48,583 nt of DNA from the IMG/VR virus record IMGVR_UViG_3300045988_178905. The stretch is one strand, 5' to 3'. The notes under the pieces were generated by a model. The model was given only the letters and a program-made list of their open reading frames with translations, ran no database searches and was not told the origin of the DNA. Source of the DNA: a virus. Shown here one piece after another: positions 15,882 to 24,946 of this stretch. The position numbers and the translations under genes are program-made. The first letter of the stretch is position 1. Every line of letters starts with the position of its first letter.

Positions 15882-17141
15882 TTAGTCAATTTCAATCTTA
15901 TAATTCAGCATACCTTCATACACATAATCTGGCACTTTGTCCTTACACTTTTCTGCAAGGTCACAAATATAATCAATCTTGCCATCTATAAATCCAGTAT
16001 GTGCTTCTTCCTCTGAATCGAATACACCTATATCCATCTTCTTATTAAGAACTATCATTGATACTGAATATGTACCATCATCATTCTGTTTGATGTTGCT
16101 CTCAATTCCTCTATCCTCAAATACTGTATTCAAGAAATGCGTCATAAACGCACACGTTTCTGGACTGTAGATATTACCTTCCTTATAGAGTAAATCTTTG
16201 TCTAAATCGACCTTAGTCCCAGGAATATAATGTGCGTCAAACCATATCTTGAAATTCTGGTAGTTCTGCCATTCAATACAAACTTCCTTATCCATGTAAT
16301 AAGGTTTTAATTTATGTACAACATCGCTATAGCACCTCTGGATCATATTCTTCCACTTTACAAATGAGTATGATTCATAATCAATATCTGAAGTATCAGC
16401 ACCGACATAGCCGACACCTTCATAAGTTCTTTTATTATGCCAAGGTTTCCAATCATCGGGTTTAAACTCCACAGCATTGACAATCTCCATAATCTGCCTA
16501 TCTGTGATTGTTCCGTCCTGTTCATATATGCTTAAAATCTCATTGTATTGTTTATCTGTGACTGGGAATAAATGCTTATAGTAATTATCCTTTGTATCAT
16601 TCTTCTTATGCCAAACCATTGTATTATTTTTCATGTCATAATTGACAACGAACATCTGAATTACAAGATCACTGGCAGTTACCTTCTCTTTCCTATATCC
16701 CCATCTGTTCTTAGATTTGAAATAAATATTCCTGTCAAGTGTATAGGTCAATTCCTTTGTGGCTCTTGAATATACACCTTTTACAAGCTGGTATGTTCCA
16801 TCATTCAATCTCTGAATTATCCTACCATAATTAGAAGTCCATACAGATTTATAGTCAAATAAACGCACAAACACTTCATCTTTTGCAATAGTATCAATAC
16901 CAGATTCCGACCTATACAAGATTTGAAAATGGTATGGTTTCTTATATTTCCTCTGTATCTTCATCGACTTATCTTTATGATATATTTCTATGCCATCTGA
17001 TAATCTTTGTTGATAACGCTTTTCTCGCATTCCTTCATTAAAACACTCTTTACACATACTTCTTGTATAATTATGGTTTATTCCAAATTTATCTATTGGG
17101 AGTTCTCTCCCACATTTCTTACATATTTTTGCTGTATCCAT
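15882..17141 (-). CDS. Homing-endonuclease-like DNA-binding protein, paralog 1, with N-terminal zinc ribbon (419 aa)
   Basis: CKKCGRELPIDKF...CKECF; VWTSNYGRIIQ; WHKKNDTKDNYYKHLFPV; WKNMIQRCYS...CIEWQNYQNFKIWF; C-terminal AP2-like VSMIVLNKKMDIGVFDSEEEAHTGF. Confidence 0.7.
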   Translation of the reverse strand: MDTAKICKKCGRELPIDKFGINHNYTRSMCKECFNEGMREKRYQQRLSDGIEIYHKDKSMKIQRKYKKPYHFQILYRSESGIDTIAKDEVFVRLFDYKSVWTSNYGRIIQRLNDGTYQLVKGVYSRATKELTYTLDRNIYFKSKNRWGYRKEKVTASDLVIQMFVVNYDMKNNTMVWHKKNDTKDNYYKHLFPVTDKQYNEILSIYEQDGTITDRQIMEIVNAVEFKPDDWKPWHNKRTYEGVGYVGADTSDIDYESYSFVKWKNMIQRCYSDVVHKLKPYYMDKEVCIEWQNYQNFKIWFDAHYIPGTKVDLDKDLLYKEGNIYSPETCAFMTHFLNTVFEDRGIESNIKQNDDGTYSVSMIVLNKKMDIGVFDSEEEAHTGFIDGKIDYICDLAEKCKDKVPDYVYEGMLNYKIEID

Positions 17142-17168
17142 TTATAAAATTTCTCCTTATTCTTCGCA

Positions 17169-17205
17169 TAAAAATAAGACAGCAGAATCAAATTCATACT
17201 GTCTT
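17169..17205 (-). terminator. Intrinsic terminator downstream of the primase gene
   Basis: Minus strand AAGACAG-16nt-CTGTCTT followed by ATTTTTAT. Confidence 0.6.
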
Positions 17206-17226
17206 TCAGTCAATCAATATCGAATA

Positions 17227-17294
17227 GGGGGTAAAAGGGGTGGGTAGTAACATATATATATCTTAGTTACACCCCTACCCTTTTACCTACCCTT
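17227..17294. repeat. G-rich iteron-like inverted repeat flanking an (AT)n spacer
   Basis: Left arm GGGGGTAAAAGGGGTGGGTAGTAAC. Spacer ATATATATATCTTA. Right arm GTTACACCCCTACCCTTTTACCTACCC containing tandem CCTACCCTT x2 (17274-17282, 17286-17294). It abuts the stop codon of the replication protein. Confidence 0.6.
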
Positions 17295-19158
17295 ACATCT
17301 CATCTTCAATTATTATGTAGGGATAGCCGTCTGATTTTATATCAAATTGTTCCTTTAATACCTTATTAGCTTTGACTTTCTTCAATCCATAACAATCCAT
17401 AATCTCATTTAAACATCGCTTAATCTGTGTCTCTGTGACTTCGTATCTATACTCATTACCAAGAATATAAACAACCTCTTTCTCGGTACAATATCCTTTT
17501 CTTTGAATACAATGCAAAATCACTTCTGAAATCTTCAATGTACATTCATCACTAGCCTTTGTGGTAGTTCTGTTTACAATCTCACCATATTCATTTTTCT
17601 TTTTCTTATACTGGGGATATAATGAGGCGGCTACCTCAAAACCTTCAGAACGATAGAACATATCAAACGATACACCGCCAATTCTATAACCTTTATCTTT
17701 CCAACGGATTCCGTTATCTTCTATTGTTTTCAACTGTTGTACTACCCATGATGGAATAGCATAGAAATTGACACGATTCTTATTGCCATTCGTATATTTT
17801 AATGCGTTTTTCAATAATTCCTTTGGTATCTGGTCATTATCTAATATCCGTATTAAATCGTGATAGATAAGCATTTTCACATACTTATTGATCTTGTCAA
17901 TCTTCTTCTGGCTATTACCTTTTCCCATGTATTCAGCCAACTTTTTATTAGTAACATAAAAGATTATTTCTCCATCGTCATTAGAAAACTTCTCGCTATA
18001 AATATTGTTTCGTGCAATAGACAGCATCATAAGAAATGTGTCCTTTGCATATTTGATATTTTTATCAGCCTGTGGACATAGTTCTTGAAATTTATTCAGA
18101 GTGATATTACTTATCATCATGTCTATATTTTCTCGCTGTTCAATGCTCCAATTAGATTCCTTAATAGACAGGTTATAAATATCCATTATGAATTGAATTG
18201 CTTTAAATTCAGACTTGAAATCTCCTAACATTTCAATCAACTGTTTTATGTTAAGAGTAAGATTTTCAGAACAACATCTATACTTTTGAACTCCATTTTT
18301 CGTAGTAAAGATGTTTGCAGAAGGGTTATGATCTTCATGCAGAATACAGCAAAAAGACCTCGGATTATCAATATCTATCAGCTCTGCAATATCCAGTTCT
18401 GAATAGATATAATCCCAAAATTCATTTTTTGTATCAAATTCAATCGGTTCATGTGCTAATGCTGTACGCAGATATTCAACATCATGATCCTTAATTGCTT
18501 TAACATTTAAGTTTTCATATACAGGTTTTACCTCCGTATCAGCTTTTTCCTTTTTTGCAGCAGGCTTCTTCTTTGATTTTGGCTGTGCATTTGATATATA
18601 TTGCTCATACTCATCTTTCCAGTATTTATCAATAACTGATTCTACATTGATTCTACTGTCATAAGATGGATATAATACCTCATTCCCTTTACCACCGAAA
18701 AACAATCTATCTCTATTGAAACATACCTCATCAATCCCACCTACCGCACCCATAAGCGTAGCTTGTAATTTATCTCTGATGCTGCCATCTGTAATAACTG
18801 TATCATTGCAGAATATCATGCGGAATTTATGATGTTCTTCCTTGTGTGAAAATGTGGTGTACATAAAACATGGTACAATTCCAAGAGAAATGACCTTGTT
18901 ATATGCTTCTTCTATGCACATTCCATTGTCAAAATCCAAGCCAAATAACTGTTGCTGTGTCCAGTTATTAGCTTTCATACCGCCAACTAAAACTCCTGGC
19001 TTAAATGATGCTCCATGACATAAAGCATCTGCCAAATCTTCTATTGTAATTTCTGTCTCAACTAAACTTTTCTGCACCCATCCACATTGTTTTCCTTGTG
19101 GTTTCTCGCTGAATCGTTTATTGAAATACATACATTTAATCTTATTGTCACTAATCAT
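17293..19158 (-). CDS. Primase/replication protein: AEP (primase-polymerase)-like N-terminus, zinc-binding element, C-terminal DNA-binding region (621 aa)
   Basis: LFGLDFDNG (DxD motif I), TTFSHKEEHHKFRMIF (motif II His), FNRDRLFFGG. Central CCILHEDHNPSANIF...KYRCCS resembles a CHC2-type primase zinc finger. Confidence 0.75.
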   Translation of the reverse strand: MISDNKIKCMYFNKRFSEKPQGKQCGWVQKSLVETEITIEDLADALCHGASFKPGVLVGGMKANNWTQQQLFGLDFDNGMCIEEAYNKVISLGIVPCFMYTTFSHKEEHHKFRMIFCNDTVITDGSIRDKLQATLMGAVGGIDEVCFNRDRLFFGGKGNEVLYPSYDSRINVESVIDKYWKDEYEQYISNAQPKSKKKPAAKKEKADTEVKPVYENLNVKAIKDHDVEYLRTALAHEPIEFDTKNEFWDYIYSELDIAELIDIDNPRSFCCILHEDHNPSANIFTTKNGVQKYRCCSENLTLNIKQLIEMLGDFKSEFKAIQFIMDIYNLSIKESNWSIEQRENIDMMISNITLNKFQELCPQADKNIKYAKDTFLMMLSIARNNIYSEKFSNDDGEIIFYVTNKKLAEYMGKGNSQKKIDKINKYVKMLIYHDLIRILDNDQIPKELLKNALKYTNGNKNRVNFYAIPSWVVQQLKTIEDNGIRWKDKGYRIGGVSFDMFYRSEGFEVAASLYPQYKKKKNEYGEIVNRTTTKASDECTLKISEVILHCIQRKGYCTEKEVVYILGNEYRYEVTETQIKRCLNEIMDCYGLKKVKANKVLKEQFDIKSDGYPYIIIEDEM

Positions 19159-19487
19159 TTTCCTCCTTTTTATCGAATCAGAAGGTCAAGAATGGGTACG
19201 GCATAAATGACGCACCCCTAATAAACTGCTATATTCCACACATCTGTGGAAATATAATTAACCAGCTTATTTTTTAGCTCATTAAAACAACTCAAAGGAA
19301 TTATCCCTTCAGTCATATAAACTGCTATATGTAGCAGTCAAATTTATTCAATTTCTCATATTGGGAAATGTGCAGAATTGCACGTTAGATATTCTTGATC
19401 TCTGATACAGGCTTTCTTTTACTTCCTGCCTGTTGGGAAATATCCATACATTTGTTTAGAATCGGTGTATGTCTGCCGATTATCTCT

Positions 19488-19676
19488 TTATTCAACATAC
19501 CCAAGAATAATTTTAGCAATGCATTTTGCATTATGTTCATCTAAATCCTCGATTATTGCTTTGGCAAGATCGAGATTGAGATATCCTAATGTCATTCTTT
19601 CTTCTTCTGTTGGATCGTAATTATGTTCAAGGGCTGCATTGAATTTATTACAAGTTTCTATAATATTTTTAAACAT
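19488..19676 (-). CDS. Hypothetical protein (62 aa)
   Basis: ORF in operon. Confidence 0.55.
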   Translation of the reverse strand: MFKNIIETCNKFNAALEHNYDPTEEERMTLGYLNLDLAKAIIEDLDEHNAKCIAKIILGYVE

Positions 19677-19703
19677 TTTTACACCTACTTTCTATGTCTG
19701 CCA

Positions 19704-20141
19704 TTATCTGATTGTAAACTGTACCGCTCTTATAAGTTGCTTTATACCCTCATAACTATATACAGTATTTCTATAATTAGATCTATCTGGATATAATTCA
19801 GTAGCAATATTTCCAAGTATGATTGATATTGTATCAATATCCTTACAATCTTCAAAAGTAACAATAATATTAACATTGTAGCATTTTTCTATATTTCCAC
19901 ATATTAAAAGTTCATTCTCAGTAACCTCGACAGATATAAAATTATCATACCCGAACACGGACATATCATTAGCAAAAATAAAATTATCTTTTATGTACTT
20001 CATTCCATATTCTTTTAAACAATGCTTGTGAGATTCTTCACCCTGTAAATAATTCTCAAAATACTCTAAAATATCAGAGTTATTGGAAATCTTGTCAATC
20101 AGTTCCTTCTTAATCTTTTCAATGCTTAATTCTTTTGTCAT
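19704..20141 (-). CDS. Hypothetical protein (145 aa)
   Basis: ORF in operon. Confidence 0.65.
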   Translation of the reverse strand: MTKELSIEKIKKELIDKISNNSDILEYFENYLQGEESHKHCLKEYGMKYIKDNFIFANDMSVFGYDNFISVEVTENELLICGNIEKCYNVNIIVTFEDCKDIDTISIILGNIATELYPDRSNYRNTVYSYEGIKQLIRAVQFTIR

Positions 20142-20322
20142 AATATTTAGTCTCCTTTACTTTCTTTGGACACCATATAGGACTAACTTCTGGTGGACTA
20201 TACGCACCAAGCAATCCATATATCTGTGTCGGTTCGTTTTCTTCGCAACAATAATAATCATCAAATAAATATTCCATACTTTTACAGCGTTCACATTTAC
20301 TGCAATCTGGTATATCATTCAT
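20119..20322 (-). CDS. Cys-rich small protein (67 aa)
   Basis: CSKCERCKS...YYCCEENE...WCPKK. Confidence 0.55.
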   Translation of the reverse strand: MNDIPDCSKCERCKSMEYLFDDYYCCEENEPTQIYGLLGAYSPPEVSPIWCPKKVKETKYYDKRIKH

Positions 20323-20336
20323 GCTTTACGTCCTTA

Positions 20337-20510
20337 TTTTGTTATCAATTCATATTGTATTGTACATTTTTCTTTATCAGTGGCTTTTGAAAGTCTCTGC
20401 TCGTCTCGTTGTAAATGTACGCCTAATAAAGTTACCATACAGCCTATATTATCATTGCATTTCTCTGGTAACTCAAAATAAGCATCCTTAATATGTAATA
20501 TTTGTGCCAT
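20337..20510 (-). CDS. Small hypothetical protein (57 aa, MAQILHIKDAYFELPEKCNDN...)
   Basis: Not in the ORF track. Its ATG overlaps the HU stop (TAATG), with GAGGATGA upstream. Confidence 0.5.
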
Positions 20511-20815
20511 TATTCATCCTCGTTTTCTGTATTCTGTTTTCTGTATCTATCCCTAAGATTGTTACTCGGTGTAATCTTCACAACTTGATATGCCTTATGC
20601 TGATACACTTTATCACGCACAATATCATATCTATTTCTAGGCGGTATTGTTACTGGCTCAATCTTCAAAAGATTATTCAGAATAATAGCATTATCATTAT
20701 CCATTTCCTCATATACCAACTCATTCAATGCAACAAGCATTGCTTTTATATCCTTTTTGTATAAGCCTGTCTTTTCAGATAGCTTGTCTATTACATATTT
20801 TTTATATAGAATCAT
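20510..20815 (-). CDS. HU/IHF-family DNA-binding protein (101 aa)
   Basis: Length and pattern KKYVIDKLSEKTGLYKKDIKAMLVALNELVYEEM ... PPRNRYDIVRDKVYQHKAYQVVKITPS (beta-arm). Confidence 0.85.
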   Translation of the reverse strand: MILYKKYVIDKLSEKTGLYKKDIKAMLVALNELVYEEMDNDNAIILNNLLKIEPVTIPPRNRYDIVRDKVYQHKAYQVVKITPSNNLRDRYRKQNTENEDE

Positions 20816-20833
20816 TCAGTTTTCCCTCCTTCC

Positions 20834-21274
20834 TTACACTCTGACTGTAAATCCTTGACTTTTCAAATAAGCAACTGCATCTCTTACCAATTCTCCATTA
20901 TCAACAGTATTTGCCATCGTTGCATCCCATACATGCGGTGTATTAGTTGCTAAATTCTTTCCACCATGCAGACCTTCATTCGCCCATGTTGCGACCTGTT
21001 GACCAGTTACACCATAGTAATTACTCATATAATCCACATCAATATAAACCGATGCTACCGCCTTACCTCTGACAATTCTTGCGTCAACTTTAAATCCTGA
21101 CCTTAGAAAGTCATATTGTCTGCGATAATAAATCGGATCATATGAATCGTAATATCTCTGTAGAAAGAAATTCAATGTCTCATATACTCTATTTGCCATT
21201 CCATCAACCATTTTCTGCATTGTTGGCTGCAATGCCTTTTCTAATTCATCCATATTATTTATGTGTTTTGCCAT
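20834..21274 (-). CDS. Hypothetical protein, possibly phage-structural-like (146 aa)
   Basis: ORF with RBS. Only weak resemblance to phage minor structural proteins; not verified. Confidence 0.6.
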   Translation of the reverse strand: MAKHINNMDELEKALQPTMQKMVDGMANRVYETLNFFLQRYYDSYDPIYYRRQYDFLRSGFKVDARIVRGKAVASVYIDVDYMSNYYGVTGQQVATWANEGLHGGKNLATNTPHVWDATMANTVDNGELVRDAVAYLKSQGFTVRV

Positions 21275-21384
21275 ATTCCATCCTTTCTGCTAATCCTCTG
21301 GATTTTCAATCACATTGAGAATCACTGCATTATTTTTTCTATTTTTTGATTTATAGTGTGAAAAGTAGACCAAGCTACCTGTTC

Positions 21385-21805
21385 TTACATATTCACCATT
21401 TGATTTGGTGTATGCAAAATTTTTGCACTCACCTTTTTATGCTGATTTCCTTGAAATGAAGTTGCTCCATGCTGAATTCCATAAATCCTTTCAAGTTCCT
21501 TAATACATCTACCAAGCTTTACAGGATTAGGATTTCCAATTCCACGCTGACGAATATTCGTTTCAATAAGATCCTTTAACACCTTATCATCATTTTCATA
21601 CTTCCTAATATCCACCATAATAGTAGACATATTAAGTTCCTTTGCAGCTCTTACACGCTGATGACCTGATACAATAACCATATCTTGAGTCACAACAATT
21701 GGTTCTCAGATCTTTTTTGTGAATAAAATAGGTTTCTCCGTTAGTCATACTTTGAATAAACCCATATCCCTTGTCGTTGAAGTATTTTGTAATCACTCCA
21801 TACAT
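21385..21805 (-). pseudogene. Chimeric remnant: N-terminal half of a cold-shock domain joined out of frame to the middle of a ParB/Srx nuclease domain
   Basis: MYGVITKYFNDKGYGFIQSMTNGETYFIHKKDL (AAGGAGG RBS, start 21805) breaks off mid-domain. The +1 frame, right after a TGA, reads EPIVVTQDMVIVSGHQRVRAAKELN...NIRQRG (ParB core) and lacks both the ParB N-terminal box and the C-terminal HTH. Confidence 0.6.
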
Positions 21806-22242
21806 TGATGTTCCTCCTTTGGTTAGTTTTTCTTCCAATGAAATGCATATTTCTTAATTCGGTCATATAAAGGCTCTCTGACGCTCTCTGTGGCTCATAC
21901 AGGCACTTTATGACCATTAGTGGGTATTTGGTGTCTTTCGATTTTAAGGCACTAAAATAAGCCCACATACTCATAATAAATACAAGTATATGGACTTATT
22001 TAGATGTCCTAATTATATTAAATTATCTATGCTTTTCTTTAAGACTTACTGTTCCATTTTCTGTGCCAATTTTATATCAAACTGCACCAAATAGCGATAA
22101 GTTACGATAACTTATTGTGAGTACCACAATTCATACAAACCGCATAAACACAAGCTTTATAGGTATTTTCAAGGGTAATAGACAGAACATAACAGAGAAC
22201 TCGATAAATTCGCTCTTATAACTCTCCATCTTGTCATTTCCT

Positions 22243-22260
22243 CCTTATTTTAAGCCATTT
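22243..22260. repeat. 18-bp direct repeat CCTTATTTTAAGCCATTT, copy 1 (candidate att site)
   Basis: Exact second copy at 32824-32841, and both are followed by NNAGG. It lies 58 bp beyond the integrase stop codon. Confidence 0.9.
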
Positions 22261-22288
22261 CTAGGTATTTATTTGATTTATTTTCGTG

Positions 22289-22310
22289 CTACTGTACCAC
22301 TACTGTACCA
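22289..22310. repeat. Tandem 11-bp repeat CTACTGTACCA x2 next to the integrase stop
   Basis: Read directly; candidate arm-type integrase binding sites. Confidence 0.85.
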
Positions 22311-22318
22311 ATTTGTAT

Positions 22319-23467
22319 TTACCCTACCTGTCTTTCCTCAAACTGTTCCAATCCTTTAAACAAAGAATCTGTTGTAACGTGCATATATAAATCTGTTGTT
22401 AATTGTAATTGAGAATGTCCGAGTATTGCAGATACTGTCTTTATTGGCACTTCTGCCTCAAGCCATCTTGTAGCAAATGTGTGTCTAAAGCAATGAGGTG
22501 TAAATTTTTCAAAAACTAAATCTGGATAATCTTTGTGTATTTTTATCATAATTCCTTCTATGCATTCAGATACTAAAAATTGCGTAGTAGGTTTATTATT
22601 TTTAGTAACAAATACCAAATCTTCAAAACCTTCCATTGGCTCTTTATCACAGACCGACTTTTTCACAAAATACTGTCGCTTTAATGCCTTGATAGCCTTC
22701 TCTGTTAAAGGAATATCTCTCATACCCTTATTAGTCTTTGTTGGATGAAGTTCAAAAGTATATTTCCCATCTTTTGAAAAATATGTCATGGAATGCCTAA
22801 CATGGATAATTTTATTTTTATAATCCACATCATCCCATTGCAACCCAGAAAGTTCACCTATTCGCATTCCTGTTTCAAGTGCAACAATGAAAAGACTATA
22901 ATAGAATGTGTCCTCTGCATATTCTAAAAATAGCTTTGTTTCTTCCACTGTTAATACTCTTCTAGGTTTCTTATCTTCTTTGGTTATCTCTGTAGTAATT
23001 TGTTTTGCAACATTTTTGGTAATGAGATCACTTGCCAATGCCTTTTCAAGCATATCTACAAGTATTTTCTTACTATTTTTTCTCTCATTATCAGTCCTCA
23101 ATTCGTTAATTGCATCCTGCATAACAACCAAATTCAATTTATTAAGTTTTCTCCATCCTAATGCTTTTCTTACACGTTTATAATGTCTAGCATATGTATC
23201 TTTTGTATTATTCCTACAATTCTTTTTACAAGTTGCCATCCATTTTTCAAACCATTCATCAAGTGTCATATTGTTACTGACAACATTTATTGCTTTATCA
23301 TCAGCAACTATCGCTTCACGCAATTTTTTCTGTACACCATTATAAGTTTTATCGGATATTACTTGTCTCTTGCCAAATCTATTTGTAAATCGTGCAATGT
23401 ATAAACCATCTTCTTTCCTCTGGCTGATACCTTTCCCCAGCTCTTTACCATTTAATGATTTACCCAT
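22319..23467 (-). CDS. int: Phage-type tyrosine integrase (382 aa from MGKSLNG)
   Basis: GMRIGELSGLQWDDVD (Arg I), TPHCFRHTFATRW (HxxR), LGHSQLQLTTDLYMHV (H..Y). N-terminal arm-binding-like GISQRKEDGLYIARFTNRFGKRQ. Confidence 0.9.
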   Translation of the reverse strand: MGKSLNGKELGKGISQRKEDGLYIARFTNRFGKRQVISDKTYNGVQKKLREAIVADDKAINVVSNNMTLDEWFEKWMATCKKNCRNNTKDTYARHYKRVRKALGWRKLNKLNLVVMQDAINELRTDNERKNSKKILVDMLEKALASDLITKNVAKQITTEITKEDKKPRRVLTVEETKLFLEYAEDTFYYSLFIVALETGMRIGELSGLQWDDVDYKNKIIHVRHSMTYFSKDGKYTFELHPTKTNKGMRDIPLTEKAIKALKRQYFVKKSVCDKEPMEGFEDLVFVTKNNKPTTQFLVSECIEGIMIKIHKDYPDLVFEKFTPHCFRHTFATRWLEAEVPIKTVSAILGHSQLQLTTDLYMHVTTDSLFKGLEQFEERQVG

Positions 23468-23606
23468 ATATATCAATCCTTTCTGATCTGTCAGCAAATC
23501 AAAAAGTCAAGCATAGATATACTTTTCTAGTATATCATCCTCTTGTTGCTTTTTCAACTGACAAATCCGTATAACCTCAATATTTTCTACATTTGTTCTA
23601 TTTATG

Positions 23607-23783
23607 CTACATTGTCTCATTGTCAATCCATTCATCTAATTTTTTCTTATTGGCATACCAACGATTACCTATCTGTACTCCAAATCCGTTATATCCTCTC
23701 AAAAGCTCTCTTGCTTTTGTTTTTCCAATTCCAAGATAATCACATACTTCTTGAATATTTAATAAAATTCTGCCATTATTCAT
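23607..23783 (-). CDS. xis: Excisionase-family HTH protein (58 aa from MNNGRIL)
   Basis: LLNIQEVCDYLGIGKTKARELL...WYANKKKLDEWI (HTH_17/excisionase pattern), directly upstream of int. Confidence 0.75.
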   Translation of the reverse strand: MNNGRILLNIQEVCDYLGIGKTKARELLRGYNGFGVQIGNRWYANKKKLDEWIDNETM

Positions 23784-23867
23784 TACTGCACTTTCTATAA
23801 TAATCACGCTCCTTAATATAAAAGGCAAAAGTTATTATAACCTCTGCCCTAATCAAAATCATATATT

Positions 23868-24488
23868 CTATTCCCATTCTTTTGATAAACTGTCAGCAAG
23901 CAGATATACAAGACCTCCTGCTAATGCTATACCAAAACATTTGACCATTTCTTTCTGATATACTGGTATCGACTTCTGTACAAGTCCTACATTAATACCG
24001 CAAATATTTCTTAATGGAATTTCAATTCCACAATCATATTTCAGTGCATATATCATACACCCCATAGCCTTTTCAAATGGAATCTCAAACTGTTTCATAA
24101 GCTTTTCCAAGCTATTCCATATTTTTTCCACTTTGGATTTATCATATCCCATGCCTGTAAACATATGGATATATGTACTTTTCTTTGTTTCTTCATCTGA
24201 AATTTCACTGTTTATATCTGTATCTGCCAAGAAATCCTTGCACATAAACTCAATATCATCAAATTTGATAATCTCACTTGAATAACTCCATACAGATTTA
24301 GAAGTATCAAGACAAATGACTGTTACTGGCTCTGCTTCTTCATTCTCTTTAAATTCTCCGACACAAGTAATCTTTCATGTGTATTCCTTATCCGCAGTTC
24401 GGCATATTACCTTATCTCCTTCGTGGAATTTATCTGTAATGCCATCCTTTGTATATTCTATATAATGTTTTGCTGTAATATTGTTCAT
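23868..24488 (-). pseudogene. 206-codon reading frame interrupted by one in-frame TGA (24375..24377)
   Basis: ATG at 24488 (GAGGTG RBS) gives 37 codons, ...ADKEYT, then TGA. The same frame continues KITCVGEFKENEEAEPVTVICLD... for 43 codons into the 125-aa track ORF (23868..24245). Confidence 0.55.
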
Positions 24489-24491
24489 CTT

Positions 24492-24773
24492 TTACACCTC
24501 ATCTTCCTTCTGTTCACAGAATGCTTTTAATAATCTTTTGTCATAGAAATGTCTATGAATTTTCTTACAAATTCCCACAATAACACCTACACCCATATCA
24601 AGTACATTGATTGCAATAAACATAGCAACTGAACTAATAACAAGCATCGCAATAGCCTTGATAAAGTTAAAAGGTTCTGTCCACATACTGTAATTGCAGA
24701 TTGTAAGCACTACCGCAACAATCTTACTGATGCTCCAATAATTTCTAATAAGTTTTTCCATTTTCTTTGTCAT
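24492..24773 (-). CDS. Membrane protein (93 aa, two or three hydrophobic spans)
   Basis: IVAVVLTICNYSMW, AIAMLVISSVAMFIAINVLDMGVGVIVGI. Confidence 0.65.
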   Translation of the reverse strand: MTKKMEKLIRNYWSISKIVAVVLTICNYSMWTEPFNFIKAIAMLVISSVAMFIAINVLDMGVGVIVGICKKIHRHFYDKRLLKAFCEQKEDEV

Positions 24774-24900
24774 TTAATTTTTCCTCCATGTTTTATATTT
24801 CACAAATGTCCTTATATTTCTGTAGCAAGTCGTTATTCATTTCTTCATCAATCAAAAACCTTGCGCTCGATTTTTGTTGTATATATTTTCATCCTTCCAT

Positions 24901-24931
24901 TAAAAAGAGAGTGCCATAAAGACACTCTCTT
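24901..24931 (-). terminator. Intrinsic terminator after the tape-measure gene
   Basis: Minus strand AAGAGAGTG-tctttatgg-CACTCTCTT followed by a T-run. Confidence 0.65.
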
Positions 24932-24946
24932 AAAGATTAGACATAT

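Noticed and set aside
17227-17251. G-quadruplex potential of the G-tract cluster GGGGGTAAAAGGGGTGGGTAG
   Set aside because: Only three clear G-tracts occur per strand. The inverted-repeat/iteron interpretation accounts for the sequence without invoking a G4.
21741-21974. 77-aa minus-strand ORF upstream of the CSD fragment
   Set aside because: It overlaps the CSD start region in another frame, has no RBS, and lies in the degraded zone.
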